Assembly (NCBI GenBank): GCA_009602735.1
Contig: WELA01002751.1
Coordinates: 64,447 to 128,446 of the forward strand
Direction: 5' to 3'
Length of the DNA stretch: 64,000 nucleotides
From: Mesotaenium endlicherianum
Lineage: Eukaryota
A program made the position numbers and the translations under genes. Below are positions 26,716 through 38,584 of the stretch, piece by piece (the first letter of the stretch is position 1; each line of letters starts with the position of its first letter). The notes under the pieces are model-generated. The model saw only the letters and a program-made list of their open reading frames with translations, was not told the origin of the DNA and did no database searches.

Positions 26716-27702
26716 CAAACTTAGATTGGCCCTTCCACGTCATCATCGATGCATTTTGTTATGCAATAGGAGCAATCCTGCTCCAAGACCAAGGCAAGGG
26801 ACTGCAGCCCATTGCCTATGAGTCAAGAAAGCTAAAGCCAGTCGAGCAAAATTATACAACCACTGAAATGAATCGACTTACCAAATAGGCGATTAACAAT
26901 TAATGAAGATCTTTATATCAGCAAGTAATCTTTATGGATTTTTCGTTAATTGATTAAACGGCAAAAGGACAACACACTAGCAGTGAACAACACTCGTAAA
27001 TCAAATGCAAGTAAACTAGCATCAATAATGCAATCGGTAAGCTCATACACAAGCAAGGTTAGAAGACAGTGCGTAACAATGGCTTCTTGCCTTGGATTCA
27101 GATCTCTCTCAGTAAGCTGTACAAGAGAGTTGGCATCGTTTTTGAATGCCGAACTCGAGAGAAATGCCTATCATATGTACATGGAATGAGTTTACTGTTC
27201 AACGGCCAGTGCGATGGCACCGCCTACCCGGGAGTTAACCACGTTGGTAGGACCTCGGTTAACCAAATCCACCGCCATCTCCCATCATCCCGAATCGCCA
27301 TCCATCATAGGGATGTCATCTGGCCATTCATCTAGCATACCACACTTAAGTGCATATCTAGGCAGTTCGCTGCTACCGAGTACGGAAGTCAGCTGGCTGT
27401 CAAAGAATGTGTCAGCAAGCTGACTTAAGCTGACTCCAGCCTGCTGCTTCCGGCTGAGTCATTAAACTGATATTAAATATAAAGTCCAGCACACTGATTA
27501 TTAACTAGAGTTCAGCAGGCTGAACTTATTAAACTGTTATATTTAAATGAATATTATATCAACCAATATACTGATTCATTACACTCCCTCTAACTTAACA
27601 CGTTGTCGCCTCGACAACATTGACACAGGGTACATAGGTTTCCCCAACTGAAATTACTAGTCCCTTTCCCCTCCAGCATGCTGTGCCCCTGGCCCTCCGC
27701 CC

Positions 27703-29366
27703 TTAAGAGGGAGATGCCCCTAAGGACCTATGGTCAGGGGAGTCAGTCCTCCTCCTGTCTTGGGGTCTTCTGAAGCCTGTCAGAGATGGAGGTTCCGTGT
27801 AGGGACCCGTCGAAGAACGCAGTAACTGTGCTGTTTCCTCCTGCACGGTCTGAAACTGAATGGAGGCAGCCTTCTCCTGGGCAGCCCTCAAACTGACGGG
27901 TACATATACCGGCATCCCAGAAGGATGTTGCATGACATGAGCTAAGGGTACATGCCCTCTCTGCGAGGGAGATGCCGGCAGGCCTCTGGCTATTTCTCTA
28001 GCAGCCCTCCTGTCTGCCCTGTCTGACTGGGTCTTTGTGCCCGGAGATGGGCTCTGTCCCATGGCAGTTCCCAGCCAAGTGATATCCTCCTCTTCAGCGA
28101 GCTGCTGCAGGGCCGACTCAGTCTTCTTCCTTACAGAGGATGTGGCAAGTGTTAGGATCACGGCGGGGCTAGTGTCCTCCTCCTTGCCTTCCTCCTCGTC
28201 TTCCTCTGACTCCTCCTCCTCTCTGTTCCCGTGTTCCTCTGAGACTCCTGGAGTCTCTTCTGTCAGCTGCTCCAGTTCTTCCCGAGAAAAAGAATATCCC
28301 ACTGACCTTCCCCTTTTGGGTGCTGGTGGGAGCTGCTGAGTCCGGACCGCATACAGGTCCTTTTCCCCCTGCTTGCTTGCCCATTTGGCATAAGCGTGCT
28401 TCCCTTTTGAGAATGACTCTCGGGCCCTGCTTCTGTCCCCCTGCATTTCTTGGCTCATGCAGTCTCTGACTCCATCCAATCTTGGGTCCCAAGCCGCAAT
28501 GTGAGGGGGCAATTCTATGTTCCTCTTTAGGTATGTGAGAAAATCCTCATCCGTCGCCCTGTCACTCTGCTGGTCCCTCATGTTGATAGTCATCCACCGC
28601 CAATCGGTGGGCTTCTGGAAGAAGGCAGGGTCTGTCCTTTTCAGAGTACAAGGGTACCAGTGCCCTGCAAAGTCTAGCTGACTGGTTCCCTAGCCAAGAA
28701 TTCCCAGCTCCTTCTCTCCACCTCATTATACATGGCCTTGAACCTGTTATGGGATGTAGAGTCCTTAAAGCTGTCCGCGTCCATGGGGATCATCCTGATG
28801 ACCCTATCTTCCCCCCAGATACCAGGAATTGATACAGCCTCTGCTTCGTTCACCTGGGCCATTGCCTTGGCCTCTCTAACCGTATATCCTACCATCCTGG
28901 CGTAATCGTGGTAGAGGAGGAGTCCCGTGCTGGCCTCTATATACTTGTCAAAGTTTTCGGATGCCTCCCCTTCCCTGTGGTGGATGTCCTTCTGTGACTC
29001 ACTGCGACTTCTCTGGGCATACTTGAAGGCCTCCTCCAGTAGATCGAAGCCCTTGCCCAGTACTGTGTAGCGGTAGCTGCTGATTCTTCTCTGCTCTTCT
29101 TCAGCCTGCTGCTTCCGCTTCTCCTCAACTTGCCTCTCCTCCTCTGCTTTCTTGGCCTCCTCTGCAGCTTTTCTGTCCAGTTCTTCCTGCCTCAGTCTGG
29201 CCAATTACTCCTCCTCCTTCTTCTTCTGTGCCTCCCGCTGTTGTTGGAGTTGTTGTGATTCCCGAGCGGAGATGGAGGATGATTCGATGTTTCCACGGAA
29301 TTGCAAGTATTTTGCATGTGCCTCTTCCGCCCTTCTCTTCCTCTTGAGTTGCGACTTTTGAGTCAT
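27703..29366 (-). pseudogene. Additional ORF of family C between pol and the 3' LTR (~555 codons; one stop, one frameshift); function unknown
   Basis: Reads MTQKSQLKRKRRAEEAHAKYL...EEE*LARLRQEELDRK (29366-28690), then after a frameshift QLDFAGHWYPCTLKRTDPAFFQKPTDWRWMTINMRDQ...GASPS* (to 27703). Charged coiled-coil N-terminus and an acidic tract. Confidence 0.7.
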
Positions 29367-29716
29367 CCTGCTCAATCATAAAAACACAATGCAGTTAGTG
29401 AGGTCATGATATTTTGCTGCTACTGAGTGCCCTTGATGAAGAGGAACGCGATCGGGAGAGTTCCTAGTGTAAAATACCTGGTGTGAGTGAATATAAGGGA
29501 AAATTGAGTTAGAGAGAAAGTGAGTGTGAGCGCAGGTTGAGTGTGTAATATGGTTATCAGAGATTTTCCGGCTGATCCCGAAACAGAATACCACTCCCTC
29601 CAACTTAAATTTAAAGGTGGGCTGCCTGTCACAACTGTCACTAACTGTCACATCCTCCTCCAACTTATATGGAGACAGGACCTCCTGTCACCTTCCCATG
29701 TCTACTGAATGGACAG

Positions 29717-32700
29717 TTAGGGCGGTGTCCCAGCCGCCCGAAGGTGGAACCGTTTCAACGCCCCTTTGGCATTGGTCAGCTGGTCTTTAAATTCCCAAGT
29801 GTCCCCAGAGGCATCGTAACCCTTCCATCGGATGAGGTACTTCATGACATATTTAGACGATCGACGGACCGAGCGAGCGTCTAAAATCTCATCGACCTCA
29901 TATTCCTCAGGATCGCCGTCCCGGACAGCGGGGACCGGTCCCGGTTGGACAGGTAACCGACCTGTGAACAGTGTATCACCTTTGATGTATGGTTCCAGGA
30001 AGGAGACATTAAAGACCGGGTGACCCTTGTAGTCCGCTGACCTGTTCAGTTTGTAAGCATTCTGACCGACACGACGTACCACCCAATATGGACCGACCCA
30101 GACAGGGCCAAGCTTTTTCTTGACCACACCACGGAGGTACAGGTGCTGAGAATGCAGTTTGACTAAATCGCCCTTAGAAAATGTTAGCTCCCGACGGTGT
30201 TGATTAGCGTATTTTTAATGGTTTTCTTGAGCTTTGTGCAGGTTTTGTTGGACTTCTGACAGGGTGTCAGCAAACTCCTGCATTAACTAGAGAGAGATCG
30301 GATTGTCAATCCCTTCAGGGTGAGTTAAAGACTCCCCAGTACATCTAAAGGAGACTTAGGGACTCTACCCAGGCTGAGTTCAAAAGGAGTTTTGCCCGTT
30401 GACGTGTGCACCGCACTGTTGACCGCAAATTGAATTTGGGGCAACAGGTCATTCCAATTATCTTGTTTTTGGCTAATATATGCTCTCAGCACCTCCTGCA
30501 GAACTCGGTTAGTTCTTTCAATCTGCCCATCAGTCTGAGGGTGGTTTGCTGTGCTAAGCAGCTGTTTGACTCCCATTAACCCCATTAAAGCTCTCCAAAA
30601 CTTAGAGGCAAATTTTGAGTCTCGATCTGAGATGATATTAGAGGGTAGTCCATGTTGGCATACTACATCGTTGTAGAACTGTCTCGCTGTTTTGAGCGCA
30701 GTTACTTTGACAGTTGTGGGGATGAAAATGACCATTTTTGTCAGTTTATCCACGACTACCAGTATTGAATCATGCCCATTAGCAGTTCGTGGCAGTGTGA
30801 CCACCCAGTCCATGGATATAGTTTCCCAGCGTCCCGCTGGGATGGGCAGCGGTTGCAAGAGACCTCCCGGTGGTGTGTGCCTAGACTTATTTCTTTGACA
30901 CTGATCACACGATTGCACATATTTCAAGATCTCTCGGGGCAACCCCTCCCAATGATAATGTTTTGCCAGTTTGCCAACAGTTTTGGCCTGCCCCAAATGC
31001 CCACCCAGTAAATTGTCATGTGCTTGACTCAATAAAAGGGACCTTATTTCCAAGTTATTAGGAATGACCAGCTTCAGCCTGCCTGAAGTGGTTTCAATCA
31101 CCCAGACCTCTCCCTTAGGTTTATGCCCGAGTGCAGTAGCACCACACACACCAGTAGTGGGGCTGGGCTCAAATGCTGGGTTAGAAAGGTAGGCTTTCCT
31201 AAGTTGTTCAAGGAAGGACTTTTTCACCTTTAGTGAAGTGAGTGCACACAGGACTTTATCTACAGCATGCTGACTAAAGTTTCTTTCTTGCAAGTCAGGT
31301 CTTCTAGAGAGTGCATCAGCAGGATTCAACTTCCGTGGTTTATAGTCGATCTGGAATTGGAACTGCTCCAGCATCTGGCTCCAGCGGTTCTCCCTCCTCG
31401 ACAGCTTGGACTTCTTCTGAAAGTGAGTGAGAGCTAGATGATCTGTAATCACCTTAAAAGCTTTACCATGTAAGTATGCTCTCCACTGTTTAAGCACATG
31501 AATGATAGCTAGCAGCTCTTTATCATGTACTGAGTAATTAATCTTCGCTGGATTAAATTTCATAGACTCATACAACTCAGGATGCCACTCCTGCCGAACC
31601 TTACCATCCTTTGTGGTTTTGTCAGGAGGCTGCAACAAAATAGCACCCATGGCAAAGTCAGAGGCATCAGTAACCACCTGCATCGATTTGCTGGGGTCAT
31701 ACACGGCTAGTACTGGGGCGGAACAAAGAGCATTTTTAAGGGTCTGGAAGGCAGCCTGCTGCTCTTTTCCCCACACATACCCTATGTCCTTCTTAGTAAG
31801 GTTAGTGAGTTTACTGGCCTTTGTAGAGTAATTCTCAATAAATCTCCTATAGTTGTTAGTCAACCCGAGGAAGGATCTAACTTCAGAGACAGACTGTGGT
31901 ACTGGCCAGTCCCTTACAGTCTGGACTTTCTCAGGATCCACACTGATGCCGTCTTTACTGACAACGTGGCCTAAGAATTCAATACTTTCCTTAAAGAAAT
32001 CACACTTGCTCATTTTAGCATATAAGTGATTTGTTCTTAGAGTGTCCAGGACTGTCTTTAAGTGTTCAGCGTGATGAGCTTCATCTTTAGAGAAAATTAA
32101 AATATCATCCAGGAAAACTTGCACAAACTTATCCCAATAAGGTCTGAAAATGTCATTCATAGCACCCATGAAGGTGGCAGGAGCATTAGTCAGTCCAAAT
32201 GGCATCACGTTGAACTCATAGTGTCCATAACGTGTGCGGAAGGCAGTCATGTGTTCATCCCTTCCAGCAATTTTGATTTGATGATAACCACTCTTGAGAT
32301 CTATTTTATTGAACACCTTAGCACCAGACAGGGTATCAAGCAAGTCCTCGATTTTGGGTAAAGCATACTTGTTCTTTACTGTAATTTTGTTTAGAGCTCT
32401 GTAATCCACACACATCCGCATACTGCCATCCTTTTTCTTAACAAATAGGATGGGTGCGCCGTACGGTGATTTACTGGGAGAAATGTAACCATTTTGCTCC
32501 AGCTCTGCAATCTGTGTTTTCAACTCCTCGCTCTCCAAATAAGACAAGCCATACGTGCGTTGCCAGGGTGGCTGGCTACCAGGTAATAGATCAATCCTAT
32601 GATCTACTTCCCTTTTAGGGGGTAGTCCTGGAGGCATGTTAAACACATCAGTGTACTGAGCAACAATTTTTGCAGCAGTAGGGTGCTCCGGAGGGCTTAC

Positions 32701-33530
32701 CTTTTTCTCAACCACTTCTTCAGGTTGAGGAGGTACCTCTCTTAGCAGCAGTCAGAACATTCTGTCTTCCTTCTAGTTCCAGCTTTTGACGAACTCCATT
32801 GCATTCAGCAACTTGCATCCTTCTGGAAGCCTCTTCTTTTCCTTCATTTGCCATCCACACAGGTCAAGAGGAAGAGCAATGGTGGGTGCCAAGTCAGTCT
32901 GCCCATCACTAGCTCCTCTCACTTTAACTGTATCTCTGCTCCAACACACTTCATCTTGATGTCTATTAAGCCAGGACCTGCATAGCACGAGATCATAAAA
33001 GCCAGTGTTGAGTACCTCAAATGTAAGCGTTTTAGTTAGAACTGCAATGCCAGAACCTAACAGGACCTCAATAGGCTTGGTTATAACTCCTCCCGGGATA
33101 CTTGAGGCATCTCCAAGGAATATTTTTCTATTCTCTTGGGTGACAGTAGGCAGCCTTAGCCGCTTAACTAAGTCCTTGTGGATAAAGGTATGTGACGCCC
33201 TTCCGTCAACAAATGCCCTCACCTTCCTACCTGCAATCATGCAATGCAGTATGATAGGGGGGACTGTCTTTTCCTGACTTTCGCATTGTTCTCCTGACTT
33301 AGCAAAGAAATGTTGAACATCAGATGGAACAAGAGCATACAGAGTGTGCACTCTCTGGACGTCTATATTGGTGATGGTCTCCTTTACCTGGTTGTCAGGC
33401 ATGCATAGTGAATCCAGTTCAGCAGGACCCATAATACCTGCTACGAGGGCAGCTAGTGACAACTCACTATCTCTAGCATCCTCACAGTCAGTAGACTGGA
33501 TTACTGACTGTTGCTGGTCTCGGCTTAGTC
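29717..33530 (-). pseudogene. pol: Family C pol: protease, RT, RNase H, integrase, chromodomain (a few stops and frameshifts)
   Basis: ORFs 32773-33462 (FVDGRAS protease), 30325-32715 ([23 protein letters not shown] and core) and 29717-30127 (GPY motif; chromodomain EYEVDEIL...YLIRWKGY...DTWE). Confidence 0.95.
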
Positions 33531-34991
33531 TTTTAAAGGCTGGTCTTTTCTCTCGACCTTAGGCAGGTGCTTGACCGGACACTGTTCTCTGTAGTGGCCT
33601 TTCTGCTGACAATGGTAGCAAGTAGATTTTGCTGAGGCTGGTCTCGGCTTAGTCCTACCACCACCTCCTCCATAGCCGCCTCGAGGGAAACCACCTCTAC
33701 CTCTAGACTGTATGGCATTATACTCATACTCATCTCCATCACCCTGATCATCCTCAGCCTGGTCTCCTTGAATTGCATTGTAGGAATCGTGGGGCTTTTT
33801 GACAATTTTAGACACCAAAGCATTACTCTGGCCCTTGTGATTGAACTGCTGCTGATCCCAGGCATCCGCATCCTGGATAAAGTCAGCCAGTTTCTCATAC
33901 TTTTTCTCAGCAAAATGACCAGAGACCTCGGATTTCAAGCCATACCTGAAGTATGCTATCCTATACCGTTCTGGCAAATCTGGCTGCTTCATCATGTTCT
34001 CTTGGAACTTTTGAGCAGACTCAGCAACTGAAGTGGTCTGCTTCAGTGTCAGGGAGATCATCGCATAGATAGCTTTCTCCTGCTGGTTGATGACATCAAA
34101 CTTCTCATGCAACTTCTCGACAAACTCTACCCACGTAGGGTCACCGAGTTGCCGAGCCTTACGCTCTCCTTTCCAGTAAAGCCACCAGTCTGCGGCATTG
34201 CCTTTCAGTAGCGCACCGGTGTGCCTGACCTTCTCGTAATCTTGCAGTCTTGGGTAGTTCTCCAGCCACTGCTCAACATCCGCAGGAAACTTGATCAGGT
34301 AATATTTTCTGTTTCCCTCAGGATCAAATTCCTGGGGAAGTTTCGGCTTGGGCTTACTAGGCCCTCGGCCACCACCACCAGTGGTTTGAGACCCCAGTTG
34401 GTCTCTGTCCCGCAGTAGGGACATTATGATTCTTTTGTCCTCCTGCTGGGACTGATACATGGTCGCCATTTGCGACTGCATCTGAACGAACAATGCTCCC
34501 AAGTCTACACTCTGGGGTGGTAGTCTAGCAAATGCAGCAGCAGCATTGGCATCTACTCGCTGAGTAGTGTCCTCAACAATCCCTCTCGCTCCTGCAGCAG
34601 CAATTCCTGCCGCATTCAGCCGGTCACGTATTTGACCTAGGGGTACATTGAGTTGTACAGCAGGAGGTGGGTTCAGAGCATTGGCCCTTGTTGCCATAAG
34701 TTCCTCAATAGTGCGCTCGTCAGCTGGCTGTCCTTCCCTCCTTTTTGTATCTTCAGCGGCCTTTGCTAATCGTTCAGCTTCTAATCTGGCTCTCTCCTCC
34801 TCAGCTTGCTGTGCTGCGACTGCGGCAATAGCAGCTGCCTCATCTGCAGCCTCTCTAGCTGCAGTATCCGCTACTGCTTCCGAATAGGTACGGTTTCCCG
34901 CTACATGGCTTTCCGCCTGGTTTTCGACATTCTCGTTATCCTGGTTCTCCATGTCTCGGGAGTTGCTAGTTTGAGACCTTGTCCTTACCAT
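33525..34991 (-). CDS. gag: Family C gag (488 aa, open)
   Basis: MVRTRS start, LLKGNAADWW, LKQTTSVAE and CCHC knuckle CYHCQQKGHYREQC. Confidence 0.9.
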   Translation of the reverse strand: MVRTRSQTSNSRDMENQDNENVENQAESHVAGNRTYSEAVADTAAREAADEAAAIAAVAAQQAEEERARLEAERLAKAAEDTKRREGQPADERTIEELMATRANALNPPPAVQLNVPLGQIRDRLNAAGIAAAGARGIVEDTTQRVDANAAAAFARLPPQSVDLGALFVQMQSQMATMYQSQQEDKRIIMSLLRDRDQLGSQTTGGGGRGPSKPKPKLPQEFDPEGNRKYYLIKFPADVEQWLENYPRLQDYEKVRHTGALLKGNAADWWLYWKGERKARQLGDPTWVEFVEKLHEKFDVINQQEKAIYAMISLTLKQTTSVAESAQKFQENMMKQPDLPERYRIAYFRYGLKSEVSGHFAEKKYEKLADFIQDADAWDQQQFNHKGQSNALVSKIVKKPHDSYNAIQGDQAEDDQGDGDEYEYNAIQSRGRGGFPRGGYGGGGGRTKPRPASAKSTCYHCQQKGHYREQCPVKHLPKVERKDQPLKD

Positions 34992-35746
34992 ACAAAGAAG
35001 ACTGTGATAACTGCTCCGATACCACTGAAATGAATCGACTTACCAAATAGGCGATTAACAATTAATAAAGATCTTTATATCAGCAAGTAATCTTTATGGT
35101 ATTTTCCGTTAACTGGTTAAACGGCAAAGGACAACACACTAGCAGTGAATAATACTCGTAAGTCAAATGCGAGTAAACTAGCATCAATAATGCAAATCAG
35201 TAAACTCATACATAAGCAAGGTTAGAAGACAGTGCGTATCAATGGCTTCTCGCCTTGGATTCAGATCTCTCTCAGTAAGCTGTACAAGAGAGTTGGCCTC
35301 GTTTCCGAATGCCGAACTCGAGAGCAATGCCTAGCATATGTACATGGAATGAGTTTACTGTTCAACGGCCAGTGCGATGGCACCCCCTACCCGGGAGTTA
35401 ACCACGTTGGTAGGACCTCGGTTAACCAAATCCACCGCCATCTCCCATCATCCCGAATCGCCATCCATCATAGGGATGTCATCTGGCCATTCATCTAGCA
35501 TACCACACTTAGATGCATATCTAGGCAGTTTGATGCTACCAAGTACGGAAGTCAGCTGGCTGTCAAAGAATGTGTCAGCAAGCTAACTTAAGCTGACTCC
35601 AGCCTGCTGCTTCCGGTTGAGTTATTAAACTGATATTAAATATAAAGTCCAGCAGACCGATTGTTAACTAGAGTTCAGCAGGCTGAACTTAATAAACTGT
35701 TATATTGAAATGAATATTATATCAACCAATATACTGATTCATTACA

Positions 35747-36906
35747 GCCACGGAGCGAGAGGCGTTAGCGATTGTACATGCCTTGAAAGTTTGGCGCTGC
35801 TACGTTGAAGGACGCAAGGTACTGGTCACTACGGACCACGAGGCGTTGAAGCACCTCCAGACGCAGCCGTATCTCTCAAGGAGACAAGCAAGATGGAGCG
35901 GATACTTGCAACAATACAACTTCACGATTCAGTACCAGCCCGGCAAGACAATCCCGGCTGATCCCCTCTCAAGACTGCAATTAAACGCAGTGATGACATC
36001 GTTGAAGACAAATCTGGAAGCTCAATATTCAGCCGCCTATGATCGAGACCCTTACTACAAGAACGGAGAAGCAGCCTTGAACCCGTACAAGAAGCAAAAT
36101 GGCAATTATTGGGTGAGGCAAGATACGGGCCAGAGATGTGGTCCTGATGACTTAGGCCTCCGGCTCTTGCTTCTACGAGAAGCACACGACAACCCTCTTA
36201 GAGGAAACTTTGGGATACTCAAGACCACGGGCGTTCTAGCAAGGACTTATTGCTGGCCAGGCACGTCTAAGCAAGTCAAGGAGTATTGCAGGTGCTGTGA
36301 CACATGCCAAAGAATCAAGCCATCATCGCAAAAGGCGGGAGGACTCCTCCAACCACTACCGATCCCGGAAAGGCGATGGACGGTTATCTCAATGCACCTT
36401 ATCGTGAACCTGCCCGTGACACCTCAAGGCCCTATTTGGGACCCTTCAAGATTATCCAGCAAGTCAACCCCGTTGCTTTCAAGCTAGAACTTCTCCAGAC
36501 TATGCACATCGACCCCGTATTCCACGCTTCCTTCTTCAAGCCATATGTGCAACCCGGCAAGTTCCCAGGACGTGTGACATCCCCACCAGCCCCAACAATG
36601 GTGGATGATCATTTGAAGTACAAAGTGGAAGACATAGTGGCTGTGAGAAATTTCAAGAGACAGCAGCAATACTTGATCAAGTGGAAAGGATATCCGGATT
36701 CTGAGAATAGTTGGATGGCGGCGCACGACCTTGACAAAGTTCAGAGAAAGCTGAAGCGCTTCCATACCGCCAACCCCCATCTTGGACCAGCCCCAAGTCT
36801 CTCTACTAGAAGCCCGGAGACTTCAGGGAGGCAGCCTGCCACCATCAAGAAGCAGCAGAGGACCCCTTGGAGGCAGCTTGCAAGAACAAGAAAGAGGAAA
36901 AATTGA
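35747..36906 (+). pseudogene. pol: Family A pol, 3' part (RNase H end, integrase zinc finger, chromodomain); integrase core deleted
   Basis: WRCYVEG...TDHEAL, HDNP...CDTCQ and PIPERRWTVISM jump directly to YLGPFKII...YKVEDIV...YLIKWKGY...NSW. Confidence 0.88.
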
Positions 36907-38178
36907 CATTAGACACTCTTCTCTTCTTGCAGTTTCTGGACAGAAAACTAAAAATGCTACTGGTGATAGGTCTTTGCATAATAAATTTTGAAAACTCACC
37001 TATCTGTAGTCCATGAGTACTCGATTATTAGAATCCAAGTTTGCTCAATTTGGAGCTCTGGTGAGACAGATATGATGCTCGAAGTAGAAGGGGGTTAGGT
37101 TGCTGGCATAATCAAGGCGGAATATGCCTTCTAACATTGTGCCCTCCCCTGAACTTGGAATGCTCTGAAACTCAAGACTTTGGTAGTTTATTCTACAACG
37201 CCCATTTAGAGACTTACTTTGCAGAATTTGGAGAAGTATAAAAGGACTTATGATTTTCAGAAGTTTCTGCACAGATTTGGAGGAGTGCCGACTCTCTCAG
37301 CTCTCAACAACATTCCAAAAATTTGAATGCTCTCAAATATGATGACCGAGTAGAGTTCTATGACGCGGTCCGTTTGGCACAAGAATTTGTAGATTTGGAG
37401 CAGCTCTGTGGACGCTATGAATTTTTGAATTTGTGGCAGATTCTGGGCCAACTTGTACAATTTTCTTTATCATCGAGGAGTAGGTTAGCCAATAAGGTCA
37501 CACCACCCACGACCTTGCCTAATCTACCTTACATGTGTAGCACCTGACTTGGTGCCTCTGACTAATCCTCTTCACATATGTGGCATCTGACTTAAAGCTG
37601 TTGACTAGTCTGCTCCACATGTGAGACCTTACTTGACGCGCCTTGACGTCGCTTTTTCTATTGCGGAAGTGATGTAGTGATTTGAGTTATAATGTATTAG
37701 TTTGTAAATATTTTAATACTTTTGAATATATTTGGAGTAGTATTGTGTGGAGTCAAGTGGAAATAGATACTCTAGTAACTTGGTTCATGTCCTTTGAACC
37801 TTCTAAGGCATTTTCAAAGTTAGAGGAAGGACCTAGAAGAACTCCTTGTGGCAAAAGTCAAATGTGCCATTTTTAGGTCAAAAGGACATGTGTACATTAT
37901 TCTAAAAAGAGGTGGCAAGTTTTGGGATGTGTTGGTGCCAACACATCAACATACATTTTCCTAGAAATTACTTATGTAGCAAGTATATAAATAAGAGCTA
38001 GAACATAGAAAGACACTCCAGAATCACTCTTGTACTTGCCAAATTCCGTAAATATATCAACTTTCAAGAAGCATCGCTCTTTCAAGAAGCTACCACTCGT
38101 GTTCAAAGATCCTTGTCTTGAATGGATAAAGTGTTATATTTCACTAAGTATTTTATCTATCTGTTTCATTACAGAGGG

Positions 38179-38580
38179 TAACCCATGTTGGCATACTACA
38201 TGGTTGTAAAATTGTTTTGTAGTTTCGAGTGCAGTCACCGTGACAGTGGTGGGGATGAAAATGACCATTTATGTCAATTTATCCACTACTACTAAGATAG
38301 AATCATGCCCATTGGCAGTTCTTGATAGTGTTACCACCCAGTTCATGGATATTGTTTTCAATCGTCCAGCTAGGATGAGTAATGGTTGCAATAGGCCTCC
38401 GGGTGGTGTGTGTCTCGACTTGTTTTTCTGACACTGGTCACAGGACTTAAGATATTTCAAGACCTCCCGAGGCAACCCTTCCCAATGATAATGTTTTGCC
38501 AGTTTGCCAACAATTTTGGCCTGCCCCAAATGTCCACCCAGTAAATTGTCATGTGCTTGACTCAGTAAGAGTCACTTTAT
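38179..38580 (-). pseudogene. Old family-C integrase fragment
   Basis: [17 protein letters not shown]...[11 protein letters not shown] is homologous to 30640-31040. Confidence 0.88.
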
Positions 38581-38584
38581 TTAA

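Larger units (their letters stand above)
26864..35746 (-). mobile_element. Ty3/gypsy chromovirus, family C, full length, with an additional 3' ORF; inserted in family-A RNase H
   Basis: ~720-bp LTRs at 26864-27583 and 35026-35746. TSD ACCAC/GCCAC; the host frame EQNYT|TEREALAIV rejoins across it. PBS TGGTATCGGAGC at 35013-35024 (minus); PPT AGAGGGAG at 27584-27591 (minus). Confidence 0.95.
18688..38173 (+). mobile_element. Ty3/gypsy chromovirus, family A, with both LTRs; interrupted by elements B and C
   Basis: 501-bp LTRs at 18688-19188 and 37673-38173. Perfect TSD GAGGG (18683-18687 / 38174-38178). PBS TGGTGTCGGAGC after the 5' LTR. Domain order gag-PR-RT-RH-INT-chromo. Confidence 0.95.

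Noticed and set aside
27703..29366. Calling the extra ORF an envelope (env) gene
   Set aside because: No visible signal peptide or transmembrane helix, and the composition is highly charged.
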